A stretch of DNA of 63,652 nucleotides, counting the filler, from Lenisia limosa (taxonomy: Eukaryota; Protista; Breviatea): assembly GCA_001655205.1 (NCBI GenBank). It is 11 parts of 11 records of this genome, joined end to end, with 100 filler letters (N's around TTAATTAATTAA, not from the genome) between each part and the next. Parts side by side here need not be neighbours in the genome. Positions count along the whole stretch, not along the records: positions 39,064 to 41,277 come from LPNZ01002848.1; positions 41,378 to 51,924 come from LPNZ01002283.1; positions 52,025 to 53,412 come from LPNZ01008841.1; 8 more parts are not named here. The stretch is one strand, 5' to 3'. Positions 40,302 through 53,512 of this stretch are shown piece by piece. The notes beneath the pieces are model-generated. The model was given only the letters and a program-made list of their open reading frames with translations, was not told where the DNA came from and searched no databases. Numbering within the stretch: position 1 is the first letter of the stretch; the number at the start of each line of letters is the position of its first letter. The position numbers and the translations under genes are program-made.

Positions 40302-41774
40302 AATGGAGCATACAATGATGTTTTTGGGGGACGTTTAGGTAGAGCTGGTGTTGTATTCTCGAAGCAGTTTTCCTGAAATCACAATAAGAACCAGACCAAA
40401 ACAGCGTATAAAACTGATTAAGTGCCCCAACAAACAGTAGGGAGGCCAAAAGTGGCCTTCCACCACATTATCTCATCGTCAGAGCTTCATCAAACAGCAG
40501 ACGCTTCACTTAATAATCTTTTTACAATATTTAACTAACACCTAGACCAAATATAGCTGTGGAAACTCTCAGCTTTTGAAAAAAAATATTAAATGAAGGG
40601 CTTTCAGAGATAAATACCTTCAGGATTTAACTCAGGTTATATAACTATAAGCTGTTGAAACAAAAGAAAGCGAAAAAACCAAAAAAAAAAAACTAAAACT
40701 ACTGCCGGTACGGGCTCCTTTGCCTGTCTTGGGGTTTTATAACCCTTAACTTTATCACACCCCCATGTGCCTTTTTGATTGGCTACTGGTTACTGCCACC
40801 CAGCTTGCACCCAGCTGTCACCATCCATCTCAACTCATTGAACACAGACTGAGCACTACATTTTAGTGACATTTGACATTTTATGTAGTTATATGTTGAC
40901 AGTTATGTTTTGTAAGATAATACATAATACATAATACAACTTTGGCTTAGTTCTGCAGAAACACTTCAGCTAAAACATCTCGGCTGGTCTGTAATAATCA
41001 GTAAGAAAGAACAGTTACATGACCCGGGGGGAGAGAGAACTTCAAGCATTTGATATCTTTCAATGCAGTTTGGGAAGAAGTTATGGTTCCTATCCAAACC
41101 CACCTCAAAGCCACATTGGGTAGGGTGGTTGGTTGTGCCATCTATCTTGCGCTCACGATGTGCACAAGATCCGGGTAAGGCACCCTCATTAGCTAGGTCG
41201 TCAAGATTGGGTTCGGATTAAAAAGTCGAACACAATAAGAAAAACAACATAATTTGGTTTAAAAGAAGTCGAGGTTTNNNNNNNNNNNNNNNNNNNNNNN
41301 NNNNNNNNNNNNNNNNNNNNNTTAATTAATTAANNNNNNNNNNNNNNNNNNNNNNNNNNNNNNNNNNNNNNNNNNNNGTTATGTATGGTCACCTATGTGT
41401 ATTTATATGAAGAAATGATCTACGTATACTCAAACTTGACGAGCCATACAATTCTGAAGATTATTGAAAAAGAACCAAAGAGTAGCATTGTGGAATTGGT
41501 CAAAGGAGGGGGGTATAAGAACCATACTAGACATTTAAGCATTGACACCTGTCCCCTCACAGTTTCTTTTGCGACAATAACAATGAATGTTGCATGTGGG
41601 ATTGATGAGCGTTATCTGGTGGGTGAGAAAAAAAAATAGAAAAATGGAGTCTCAATATTGAAATATGACAAAAACTGATGTGAAATACAATATAAAATAG
41701 TATATAAACAATTTGTATCTGACCGAGTCCGTTCACATCATCGCGCTAATAAGCGATATTGGATTATAGTATAT

Positions 41775-44700
41775 TCACCCAATCATTTTTCTTGCAACAC
41801 TGTGGACACCACTTTCTGCGTGCCTTTCCCAGCATCTTGTAAAAAATAACAAAATGGCTACCCCTCGTCCACAATTCAACAGCCACCGACTGAAAAAAGC
41901 AGGGCTGGTGGAAGATCTCTGGATGTGTACCGGCTGCTGAGTGAGGAGGAAGAACAATCAGATAAGTGTTTCTTATTGCTCTAAAAGAGCAAGATATTTA
42001 TACTTAATGAAAATTTCAAGATGAATACCCACAGTGGGTCGCCTTGGAAGGTCTGGTGAAACCGCCTGTACATTTGTAACCTGATCAGCGAGGAAAGAAA
42101 GTGGTGATGCCACGGTCTTATGGGTCTGATCGGAGATAAACAACTTTATGTGGGAATAAAAACCAAAATAATCATATTCATTTCTAACCTGCGTTGCGGA
42201 AGGCTCAGCAGTGGGGGATGGTAAGATTGCATTCGGTAGATTTTGAAGAGAAGTATTGTGAATGGACTGAACTGACAGCCTTGGAATGTCCTTAAGCGTA
42301 AAAAGAGTGAGAAAAGAAAACATCAGGGGAAAGAAGGCAGGAACTACACAACCATCAACATGCATCCTACCATATTTGCACCTCCCGTTATGCTGTAATA
42401 ATCAGGATGCTGATAGGTGGGTTCAAGATTATCGTTTCGTTTTGGCGACAGTTCAAATTTATCCAAAGACCCAAATGAACTTGAGCACAATGACTCCATG
42501 TCAACATCAACATGTTCGCTTTCTTTGAAATCTTGAACTTCATTGGACCCAAGCTGGTTGCGTTTTTCATTCACCTTGAGTATAAAAACAGTAGTAGAAA
42601 ATAGTGTATCTATCTATCAATACTAACCTCCGCCATGAAGAGAAACTGTTGGCGCTTTTGACCCATCTGCTTAGTTCTCTCAACACGCTCCTTTCTACGC
42701 TGCTCGAACTCCGTCTTTCGTTTTAGTGCACTTTCTTCTCTACGTTGCGCAGCAGCTGCTTGGCGGTCTTTCAGGTCTTTACGGGACCTGGGCTTTGGCT
42801 GGCTCGACTTGAGAGTCAAAATCGTTCCTTTCAGAATATGGTTGTTTTCATTTGTATTAAGCCATGCATGCGAAAAAAAATATTTTAACAAGAGCTTCCC
42901 TACGGTCCACAAAATATGAAATGCATGTAGCTCTCATATGTAGCTCTCATATTACTGAATGCTAAGAAGTGTTTCACTGGGAATTTAGTTATTTGTCAAC
43001 AAACCATTGGAAGTTGGGGCTTAGCGATACTCAACATATCGTCTCCCTGTGGGGCCAGGTTCTCGGGTTGATTTTGTGGATGACTTGGTTTGTGTGTCCC
43101 AGGAGTTGGCTTTGCAACGGGTATTTCCAATACGGATGCTCCAAGACGGCTTTGTGAAGATTTTGTTGGCGTTGAGTGCAGTCGGTTAAAGAGAGCCTGC
43201 AACATCAATGTATATACAATAAAAGGTTCAACAGCAGTCTGCTTGGTGTTACAAATTAGAAAGTAGCTGTTGTATGTTGAAATGACAAACAGATAATTCA
43301 TTTAGCTTGTTCCAACCTCTCTTCTCAGCTTAGCAGCAGATTTTTGGGATGTAGACTGGGGGTTTGGGGAAGATGTAACGGGATTTGGTTTATTTGGGGA
43401 GGGTGGAGAAAGCATATCACCCAAGGAAAACTCATTTGGTGGAACAGCACTCTGTTGAAGATGTTCTTCATCTAATCCGAACATCAGGGCAGAAAGCAAA
43501 AGAGAGAATTTTGGGAGGGGTATATATACAATGAATGAGAGTGTTAAAACAGTCAGATAACTTTAATCTCCTCCTTCATACCAAACACCTGAGCATTGCC
43601 TTGGGAGGGAGGTTGATGGATCTCGGGGAAACGTGGTTGAGGAGGGCGTTTAATTGAGTGGACAAGGGGCTGTAATAAGCTGGGTTTTGGCTTCGTGAAT
43701 CTGGTCTAGGTTTATCAATTAACGTTATCGAAAAACAAAACGCTTTCAAATTAAACAATAATAGAGCAATGAATTCGAATATTGCACCTCAGTGACTTCA
43801 TCAAAATGCCTCCGCTTCTTGTTCTGATAGAGCTTCACTTTCGGTTCCAAACTATTTATTGAGAATTTATCGAGAACTCAGTCTTTTTGAGAACCGAAAG
43901 TAAACCTCTAATAAATAATATCAATTTTAACATGGCTCTTTTGAACCGAAAGTGATTAAAGACTTCTGGTTGCAGTGTGGGGCATTTTCACCGTATTAAA
44001 AAAATTACCACACAAACACACCTCCATATCATTCATCTGCTGTGAGATTGGGCTGTACACTTGGTGCTGACTCAATAACAGCGAAGCCGTACCAGGCTTG
44101 GATGCCGCCCTTGGCTGAGATTTTACAAGTACTAAACAGTCAAAAACTAAGCAGCCGAATCAATGTGTGATCGACAGTATAGTGGTCTTTATTGGAAAAC
44201 AGGGATGCCGATATTGCTTACTTGCTGACGAAGGTGGTGGCTGTAAGAGAGAATTCGGAATACCCAAAGCAGAGGCCACCGAGTTTGGGGCTACAATGTC
44301 AGCATTTCTCAGCGTAATTAAGTAAAATGCTGAAAACAATTGGAACCATGCAAATCACAAACCAGTTAAATGCAATCAACTCTTCCTCCTACATAATGAA
44401 CCTTTTAAGGTGAATGTGGAACGACCATTTGTGGGTGGTAGATTCGTGTCTATATGGTAACTATATCACCCAAAAATCCAGATAACGTAACAATAATTGC
44501 AAGATAGCAAACATTGCATTTGCAGATGCTCTGGGGAAATCGCAAACGGCTCATCATCACTCTCATTTGGTTGATCAAATGATCCAACAGAGGCCCAAAC
44601 AAGCGGGTCGCGAGTGGGTGTTACAGGGGCAGGAGGCAGGTCTAAATTGACGGTAAAGGGTCCAGATAATAGGTGGAGAGAGGGTAACAAAAGGAAGAAG

Positions 44701-46690
44701 AGTGGGTAAACTATTGCCCCAAAATGTGAAATGCAAATCAAAGAGTTGGGAGATACGCTTGGATAAATAAAATTATCATGTTTTCATTAAAGAAGTCCAA
44801 TTATTGGTATGAAAATGCAGTATAATAGCAATCTCAGCTCAGAGGTAAAAAAAAAATCAAATCAAAGATCCTCTGAGGTCACACCTTCGATGTCAGGAAG
44901 ATCAAGAATATCATCGAGAGTAAGGGCAGATGGGGAAATCTGGGAACTGGTTGAGACAGCGGTAGCTGAGGCAATTGGAGAACGGGCCGCTTTGGATCTG
45001 AGGGTCAGAAGAATATACCTGGTAGTATTTTGAAATAAAAATATAATATTATCTTGGATACCACAGCATGACTATAAAATCATATTTTAATGTCAACGGG
45101 ATCCATTTCTACCTAGTTGGTGTTTTGATTGCTGTTGGGGCTGAGAGCCGCTGAACCCATTTGCTCCTCCTTTCTTGAGCCGGAGATATCACTGCCTTCT
45201 TCTAACACGGTGTCATTTAAACAAACAAAAGGAATGGAAAGAGATATAATTACAACTAGTATAACTGATATAATATCATATCCATATATTGTAAATTGAA
45301 TGAAGTTTGCACAAGTCACGGAGGTATTTAAAAGCAGGGTGCCAAAACGAAGAAGACTCGGCGTTGCTACCGAGACTTCTTCCAGCTGTAAAAACCCAAT
45401 AGCCAACACACATCATGTATGGGGACAGCATCTGTCTCACGAGCTGGTGGAGGATACTCAAAGGTTGGTGGAGTAGTTACTGGAAGGGAAGAATCTGGGG
45501 GGGGGGGGGTAAATTGGAAAATAAAGAAATAAAAAACAAACCAAAATCACCTTTGTTGGCTGAAAAATGACATCTATAAAAAAGGAAAAGAAAAATACTA
45601 GCAGATACAGCTTGAAAAAAGGTAAACAGTTCACAATATGATGTCCAAAAGAAGCATCTTCGGCAAAAAAACAATACAATAATATCAGCACTATCGCAAA
45701 CAAAAAAAAAAAAATTCAAGTTATCGCTTTGATTTTTTAATTCTCACCAATATGAACCCTCCACAAACATAATGAGGGTCGGGCATAACCATCCTTTCGG
45801 CGAAGAGGTGTGGGTGGCAAATCTGTAAAAATAAAAATGCAATACCCCCATTTAATAATGATGCGTTCAAAAACTAAAATAATATCATATCGTATTTATC
45901 ATATACTTTGTACATACATGATATATCCTGTTCAGTGCATTATATCATATTATATCATATTAAATTGTCGTTAATGTACCTTTCCCATCTAGAACAGCCA
46001 GGCAAGGCAACAAATGAATTATTTGGGCCCTGTAGTGCTTTCGCCTGAAAACACAGTAAGAGTGTAAAGTGAAGGCTACCTACCTTGAAACCGGTGTGTT
46101 TTGGGTATCCAAGTTCTGGAGGTTTTTGAGAACTGCAAGTGGTCGCAAAGCACTTGGAGAGAGAAGATGCGTATTGGCCAGATTCAAACTGTTTGAGGAA
46201 TGAAGAAAAGTATGTCAATACATAGTGATGTAATTCTTAAAGTAGCAATACAACTTGACCCAGCAAACGTTACAAGAGCATGTGGGATATCATCAATTAC
46301 CGCGAGAGGATTACTACTGAGGTCAAGCCATTCAAGTGAAGCAAGTTGGCTTATTCCTGGGAGGTGAGGGACAAATATGCAAGAAAGGAAGTTCCCATTC
46401 CCACTAACCCATACAAGACTTGAGATTGTTGTTGGAAAGTACCAAAACACGTAAAGCAGGAAGATACAACGCTCCAATACATGTTATTTGGTTTGAATTA
46501 AGGGAAAGTCGCTTTAGAAAACCGTTACCAAGTCCTTCTAGTTCACCTTGACAGTCAGAAAAATATCCCAGACAAGTGTTCGCCGGGTAACTTACGTATT
46601 TCATTGCATGACAGATCAAGTGATTCACATTGGAGACTTCTAATGTCAGGGCAACGTTGGATGGACTGCTCTAAGCCTCGTCAACATAAG
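41775..46690 (-). CDS. SDS22-like leucine-rich-repeat protein with LRRcap and long low-complexity/coiled-coil C-terminal region (5' part in N gap)
   Basis: ESLDLSCNEI, FLKRLSLNSNQI, LRVLVLSNNNL, LEWLDLSSNPL, LNLANTHL, LQNLDTQNTPV and LRRcap HYRAQIIHLLPCLAVLDG. Downstream minus-strand S/P-rich and charged (QRREESALKRKTEFEQRRKERVER) exons are assumed to belong to the same gene. Confidence 0.6.
43828..43910. mobile_element. R2 MITE copy
   Basis: TIRs TAGAGCTTCACTTTCGGTTC / GAACCGAAAGTAAACCTCTA; no TSD retained. Confidence 0.7.
45497..45610 (+). repeat. R1 copy abutting a 3' splice site of the LRR gene
   Basis: G-run + taaattggaaaat...aaatcacctttgttggctga; the acceptor AG (minus strand) is at 45495-45496. 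Confidence 0.7.
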
Positions 46691-47544
46691 NNNNNNNNNN
46701 NNNNNNNNNNNNNNNNNNNNNNNNNNNNNNNNNNNNNNNNNNNNNNNNNNNNNNNNNNNNNNNNNNNNNNNNNNNNNNNNNNNNNNNNNNNNNNNNNNNN
46801 NNNNNNNNNNNNNNNNNNNNNNNNNNNNNNNNNNNNNNNNNNNNNNNTTTCACATTTCGAGTTTTTAAAATCTCACTCAATCTCTTCTATTCTATTCTCT
46901 TCATATATATATATATATATATATATAATCAACGACGACAGACTGTACCCAACCGGCGAACAAGCTAGGAGGTGTAAAGAGTGGGGGGATCGGGTCCCCC
47001 ATTTTACGAAGTATTGTACACGAAGTCCACGTCATCAAATCAGAATTATTCCATTTTCAATTCCCAGCTCGGGTCATGCAGGGCCACGGGAAATTTTCAA
47101 ATGTTAAAAAATGTGGAAGTGTCATTGTTATGAAGCTCTTATGAAGAGAAACAGGGAGAAACAAGTAAATGTAGAGGAAGAGAATGAGGATGTGATGATT
47201 TTTATTACAGAAATATCCAAAAATGAATAAAGATGAGAGTGTAACAGAAACAATTTAGGAGTATAGAAGAAGAGTGAAGCAAAGATGAGTCAAGATAAGG
47301 AGAATACTAGTTTGACAGGCGAAATCGGTTATTCTACGACCTGAGAACGCCCAAAATGATGAAGGGAGAAGTGAAAAATTCGAAACAGCTTGCGCCCAGG
47401 TAAAAATACGCATCATCAGTTATGGAGTTATGGGAGCCTGTCCCCCCCCCCCCCCCCNNNNNNNNNNNNNNNNNNNNNNNNNNNNNNNNNNNNNNNNNNN
47501 NNNNNNNNNNNNNNNNNNNNNNNNNNNNNNNNNNNNNNNNNNNN

Positions 47545-47648
47545 GTTGGTTTTGTTGTTATCAACTTATCAACCCTTGTGTGTTGTTAGCCAATTCATCT
47601 TGGGCTTTTTTATTTTGGTTTCATAAATTTTCCGATTGTACTCCCTCC
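47545..47648 (-). repeat. R1 copy
   Basis: ttttgttgttatcaac...cccttgtgtgttgttagcc...gggc...tttcataaattttccgattgtactccc. Confidence 0.8.
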
Positions 47649-48556
47649 CTTCTCCCCTTCATAGGGATGGGTGAGTTATCTGCCGACTGCTTCATGTGTC
47701 AACTTACTGAGTGAACGGCCTATTCCCCCCTCAAAACAATAACATTACGCCCCTTCACATGGCTGCCGTCAAGGGTATTGAGGCTTCTGAACGCCAAAAT
47801 TGAGGTGGTGTATAATGGGGACCGAACCGGCTTGTGCCCATGTAAAAATACGGCTGCCAAGAATAGGCTTCAGGTTGTCTTTGTTCAACGTCCCTGTATA
47901 TATATAACTTCCTAGTATAATATTAATATGGTAGTATGTCAAACGTTCAAAAAATAGGTATAATGGGATTAAAGCGATTTCGTCTTGGGCGAGAATATAA
48001 TGTAGCAGTTTCTCAATTGCAAGGGCCACAGAGTTCTCCAAAGTCAAGTCCCAGGCCAAAATACCTGTTTCCCAAATGGATCACTGTCCATAATAATACG
48101 TGAGGAGTGTTCCTTCTTGTATTCGACTTCGGCACGAACTACACTTCCAAATGAGGCAGTTATACTCTGCTTTTCCGTGGAATATTGCAAGAAATATGCA
48201 CCTTTCTATATATATTGTCGTTTTCTAGGTAATAATAACTTGTCCTGAAATATTAGGGCAATTTCAAAGTCAAATCGTATAGTTTTCAAGTCTAAAATCA
48301 CACAAAGAGCTAAATGCCATTAATTTAGATGATGATTTTAAACAGAGACATTACTGTGCCCTATAAAGGTTCAACTAATAATCCCACGAAACGATTAACT
48401 CAAATTATACATTTGTCCACCCCAGGCCCCAAATCGCAAGAAGGTTACAAAATGTTTATGTTTTTTAGTATGTCCAAATGATGTCACTACCAATTCAGAA
48501 ACAAAAATCGGTTAAATAACGAAACAAATGTGTACAGAACGGTAAAAAAAAATAGG

Positions 48557-50338
48557 CTAATTGTCTGAATTGTTGGTGTTAATACGGTGAAGAAGTCCCT
48601 AGATTGTCAGATACAACAACCCATAAGTGTGAAGTTATGTATGCCGGCAATAAACAGTATGTGTACTGTAAATGCAGCAACATACGCAAAAGACAGAAAA
48701 GGTCAAAGAATGAGTTTCTGACTTACATTTCTGCCCAATCTGCCAACCAACACCAACATACTTGGATTTCCTTGGCAGGGTTTAGGTTTTTGGGGCAAGT
48801 ATTGGTACAGTTCTGAATGAAATGACATCGGTTTACGCGATCGGGCTCTTCATTGAGATACTTCAGTCGTTCAAACGCCTCACCGTCACGGCTACAACGT
48901 TAGAAGAGCTTTTTTGGCTCATACACCAATGTGCACCCAATTGAGTTGATATTTGTACACTAATCTACAAACTATTCCCTTTCAGTAAACTTGATAGGCC
49001 ACACACAATTTTATCCAAACAGCCCTCCCACGAGTCTTTAACCCAGCGCGAAGCATGGAGGAGAGCAGAAGGACCAAGGTAAATGTCAGAGCGCCACCAG
49101 TAGCTCGGACAGGAGGTGCTGCAACAGAAGCACAGAATACACTGAGTGATCAATGTTGGGTTAACCACAGCAGCATATGCAGAAATGGAAAGTATTTTGG
49201 ACAGAATGTAAAGCTACACACACCTTATTTTTTGGTGAAATTGATTCAGATATAACTACAGAAAGATCTTTTTCGGAAAAACAACAACAAAAATCCGGCA
49301 TTATTTTGCAAAATTCTTCCAAGTTTTACAAGGACGGAATCCCCCAAAAAAAAAGATTGGAAATCAAGAATATAGAGTTAAGTCTGCTCCAACCTCGTAT
49401 TGTCCATTCAACTTCTGGCGATCTTCCTTCGATTGAATAATCTCTTTGCCGTCAACAGGTAGGGACGTTTCCTTTGGCTACGTGTGTAATCATATATCCC
49501 CCCTCCCCCTTCACAAAGGTTTGATGTCAAATCATTCTCTTGACTCAAAAGAGCTGATACAAAAATTTTCAAAAAACAAAATATCTAACCTGGAGATACG
49601 GTTGGACAGCTGCATGGGCCTCATAAAGCTAAAAAAACAATGAAACCGCGTCCACATAAAGGCACAAACACCCACAAAAACTCACTTTGGTTAAATCAGT
49701 AACAAGGTCCTTGATGATTGTCTGATGTGGAAGAGGTCTAATTTCTTCAGACTGAAAAAATCAGCTTTCCAAGTACGTTCGATTTGGTTGTAGAAAAGAG
49801 GGTTTTACATCTTACCCCTTTTTCGGAAATCGGGGTGATACATGCAAGGCGGGGCTTCCCATTGATAAACATTGCACAAGATCCACAAATACCTGAAATA
49901 TAATGTGTCATATATAACTCAGGGAAACAAAATCTTGAATGAATATGCTATAATCCCCCAAATCAGGCATACCTTCACGACATGAACGGCGGAATGAAAG
50001 GGAGGAATCTTGTTTGTGTTTAATCTAAAATATATTACACATCGAAACCATTACCCTATATTACCAGTAGCTCAAATACTCACCTCATGCAAAGCATCAA
50101 GGACCATTGGGCCACAATCTGAAAGATCAACGTCATATGAGACCATCTTTGGGGTCTCTTCCGCGTCACGATTAAACCTTTCAATTTTAAACCTCTTCAT
50201 CTTCTGAAAGGAGTCAGAAGAGCAAAATAACAAAAGGAAACTAACCGGAACTGCAGTTGAAAACGATCTGGAGGCATTGTTGTAGAATGAAGTAAGTAAA
50301 ACATTGGTCAATGATCTCACAAGGCCGTTGGCTAGCAT
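48557..50338 (-). CDS. SDHB: Mitochondrial succinate dehydrogenase iron-sulfur subunit
   Basis: Presequence [10 protein letters not shown]...RSFS; [10 protein letters not shown]; [20 protein letters not shown]; [16 protein letters not shown]; [16 protein letters not shown]; [21 protein letters not shown]; last exon [13 protein letters not shown]. Confidence 0.95.
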
Positions 50339-50670
50339 ACTGTACCTAAAGATCGGAGAAATGGTTTCTGATGCTTTCCCTTTTTGCAAGTTTTACTTAT
50401 ATATATGGTTTACGGGTTCGTTTGTGTGGTCTGAGTGGTGAGTTCCGAAAACCAAAATCCCTCCCAAAACGCAAATACTTGGATGGGTTTTCCCCCATGT
50501 AATTATCATTCCCGCCAGCATTGAAATCCTGCATTCCCTGCCATCCTGCCCCTCCCCCAACAACAACCGACACCAACAACAACTGCAGCAACACTGCAAA
50601 CAACAGAGAGACAGATAGTAACAAAACGGCACCCCACACAAGTTTACACCGCCACCACTGTACATATAAG

Positions 50671-50909
50671 ATGGTGAAGATTAGTGAAACTATCACCTTG
50701 ACTCTGGCTTTCTTCTGCCTTGTCTTTCTAAAAGTGAGAAAGTGACACTCAAGTGGATCTGATATAATGAAGTAATTGGAAAATTGTTTTTATATTTGCT
50801 GGATACCATATGCACTTCAAATATTCTCTCTTCTTTCTTCTAATATATCAATATATCATAAGAACTTTCATTATGATTAATAATTAAAGAATATTAATTC
50901 TTTTTATTT

Positions 50910-50954
<45 letters not shown>

Positions 50955-51478
50955 GCTTATTAATATATAAGATATTGGATGGATGTGAAGAATGTGGAAT
51001 GTTGTGCATGGAGGAAACTAACCGTCGGTCGATTTTTGACATATGATGTGCTTCTTTTTGCTTCCTGTTTAGATCTTGCTGCATTGTTAACTAATAATAT
51101 GACCGTTACGTTTCTAATTCCTGGCAGGTTAGTGCAGGCAGCAATGGTAACTATACTTGGACCCCCGCCAAAGACTTTACTTTAACGGGCTACTCGATAT
51201 TGAATGGCGAGAAAGTTCCTTTTAGGTGAGATGGGCGTGACCGCAAGAGTACACTTTATAATGGTATTTTCAGGCTGATTTTTCTGGTGGATCTATTCAC
51301 ATGGTAATATTTAATTTTGACATTTTAGGTGGTATTCGAGAGACAATGCAAGGGTATGCCATCATTAGTTTCATGGATACTTCATTCCCTTCTCTTCACC
51401 CTCTCCCTCTAGAATGTCCGTTTTGAAACGCTAGTCATCTCTGGACCTGTCATGTCCATCATAACTGATGAAGATGTG
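50671..51478 (+). CDS. Hypothetical secreted protein (3' end unresolved)
   Basis: In-phase exons MVKISETITLTLAFFCLVFLK|VSAGSNGNYTWTPAKDFTLTGYSILNGEKVPFR with a signal-peptide-like N-terminus; later exons ADFSGGSIHM and NVRFETLVISGPVMSIITDEDV. Confidence 0.55.
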
Positions 51479-52268
51479 GTAGGTTGGGTGTGGTGTAATT
51501 AGTTGTAGTCAACAGAAAAATATGGGTAGTATATTACAGCATCTTACAATCCTTTTCGGGGAAGTTACTGCCAAAGAATCCTGCCATTTTTTTGGAAACT
51601 GTCGTTGAATTAAATTTGAGCAATGTTCCTTTCTCATAATACAACCCTAATTGGCCAAAACCTTTCCTTTGAAAAAATGCATAGAATGAAAAGGGATTTG
51701 AGAAAGCTAAGGGGGATCTCACAGATACATCTTTATTTTTTATTCTCATTGCTGTATACAAGGGGAATTGTAAGCTGACACAAAATATTGGCGAAGTATT
51801 AAATGTTTAGTTTTATATTGAAACGAATGTATTTTGTGTATTTGAAGGCCACGCTTCTTCGACACTTACAATCCCACTTAATACTTCTACCTGAAAACAT
51901 CACTATATAGCTACTATATATGCGNNNNNNNNNNNNNNNNNNNNNNNNNNNNNNNNNNNNNNNNNNNNTTAATTAATTAANNNNNNNNNNNNNNNNNNNN
52001 NNNNNNNNNNNNNNNNNNNNNNNNCGTCCACACCATCACAATTATAAGAGATATTGGATTATAGTATGAAATTAATTCACCCAATCATTTGCCTTCAAAC
52101 TCTGTGCACACAACTTGTTACACAATCATCACACCCTCCCCACTGACACTCATTCTACAATCATCATAGAGCCCTGACACTCATTCCACAATCATCATAG
52201 AGCCCTGACACTCATTCCACAATCATTATACAACCCTAATACTCATTATAATCATACAGCCCTCCCAC

Positions 52269-53168
52269 CCGAAAGCTCCCTGCGATATCGGCTTGATGAT
52301 CTGAAAGTCGTTGATAGAGGGGGTCTGAAGGGCCCTGCGGACTACGGGCGAACTGGGGGTGAGGGAGGTAAGAGTGGAAAGGGGAAATAATAATAATAAC
52401 AATATGTAGCAATGAAAAATAAACAATAATAATCATAATTCGGAAAAGATGGGGAAAATGATATTTATAGATAGTTTATGAGGAAGAAGTGATATTGGCC
52501 CACCTGTCATTAGCAGTGACACTAGATGTACGCTGTTGCCGAACAGCAGCTAAAAATGTAAGACAATCAAAGAACGCATTGTATTAGTTTTGAGGAATAT
52601 GTTAATAGAACAAGGTAAAAAAACAAAAGCCATTTTACACTCTCAAATATCGACGAAAATAACAGCACTTCTATGACATCAATTATACAATGTCAAAGCT
52701 GAGAATATACCCCCTGACACCACACATCGTATAAATTCACACACATCGTATAAATTCACACACANNNNNNNNNNNNNNNNNNNNNNNNNNNNNNNNNNNN
52801 NNNNNNNNNNNNNNNNNNNNNNNNNNNNNNNNNNNNNNNNNNNNNNNNNNNNNNNNNNNNNNNNNNNNNNNNNNNNNNNNNNNNNNNNNNNNNNNNNNNN
52901 NNNNNNNNNNNNNNNNNNNNNNNNNNNNNNNNNNNNNNNNNNNNNNNNNNNNNNNNNNNNNNNNNNNNNNNNNNNNNNNCCATCGTATAAATTCACACAC
53001 ATCGTATAAATTCACACACATCGTACATATATATTCACACACATCGTATAAATTCACACACATCGTAAAATTCACACACATCGTATAAATTCACACACAT
53101 CGTATAGGCTCGGGAGTGTTGGACCTCAACCGGTGAATCTCGGCCATTTCGCCTCTTTTGCTCGTGAG
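52269..53168 (-). CDS. MAST/Greatwall/IRE-type AGC protein kinase, fragment at the start of the kinase domain
   Basis: Exon 52352-52269 encodes SPVVRRALQTPSINDFQIIKPISQGAFG, the PSIxDFxIIKPISxGAFG signature of this subfamily; two small upstream exons. Confidence 0.75.
52725..53105. repeat. Minisatellite, about 21-bp unit (partly N)
   Basis: catcgtataaattcacacaca repeated on both sides of an N gap. Confidence 0.9.
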
Positions 53169-53190
53169 CTGCGGGGTAAGGAATTAGAGG

Positions 53191-53310
53191 ATTGGAAATT
53201 TATGAAACAAAAAATCAACCATGTTAGCTGACAATAAACGACGGTTGAAACAAAAAAAAACATACAAAGCCCAGGCCAGTAACTTCTGCAGCACCGCATC
53301 CCATCACTCC
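53191..53310 (+). repeat. R1 copy in kinase intron
   Basis: attggaaatttatgaaac...gttagctgacaa...aaagcccaggccagtaacttctgcagcaccgcatcccatcactcc. Confidence 0.85.
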
Positions 53311-53512
53311 AGAGTACAACGAAGGAAATATCAATGAAGAATATTACAAAGGAAAGGAAATACCAATAAAGAATACTACAAAGGAAATACCAATAAAGAA
53401 TACTACAAAGGANNNNNNNNNNNNNNNNNNNNNNNNNNNNNNNNNNNNNNNNNNNNTTAATTAATTAANNNNNNNNNNNNNNNNNNNNNNNNNNNNNNNN
53501 NNNNNNNNNNNN

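Noticed and set aside
50397-50696. Minus-strand ORF with hydrophobic N-terminus and NPSKYLRFGR resembling an RFamide neuropeptide precursor
   Set aside because: Hydrophobicity comes from the reverse complement of a CAA/ACA-rich stretch. There is a single motif copy, it lies in the SDHB promoter gap, and the window looks protist; most likely chance.
50909-50952. (GT)n microsatellite and ATATC/ATAGT-rich intronic stretches (e.g. 31330-31420)
   Set aside because: Ordinary simple-sequence repeats with no further structure.
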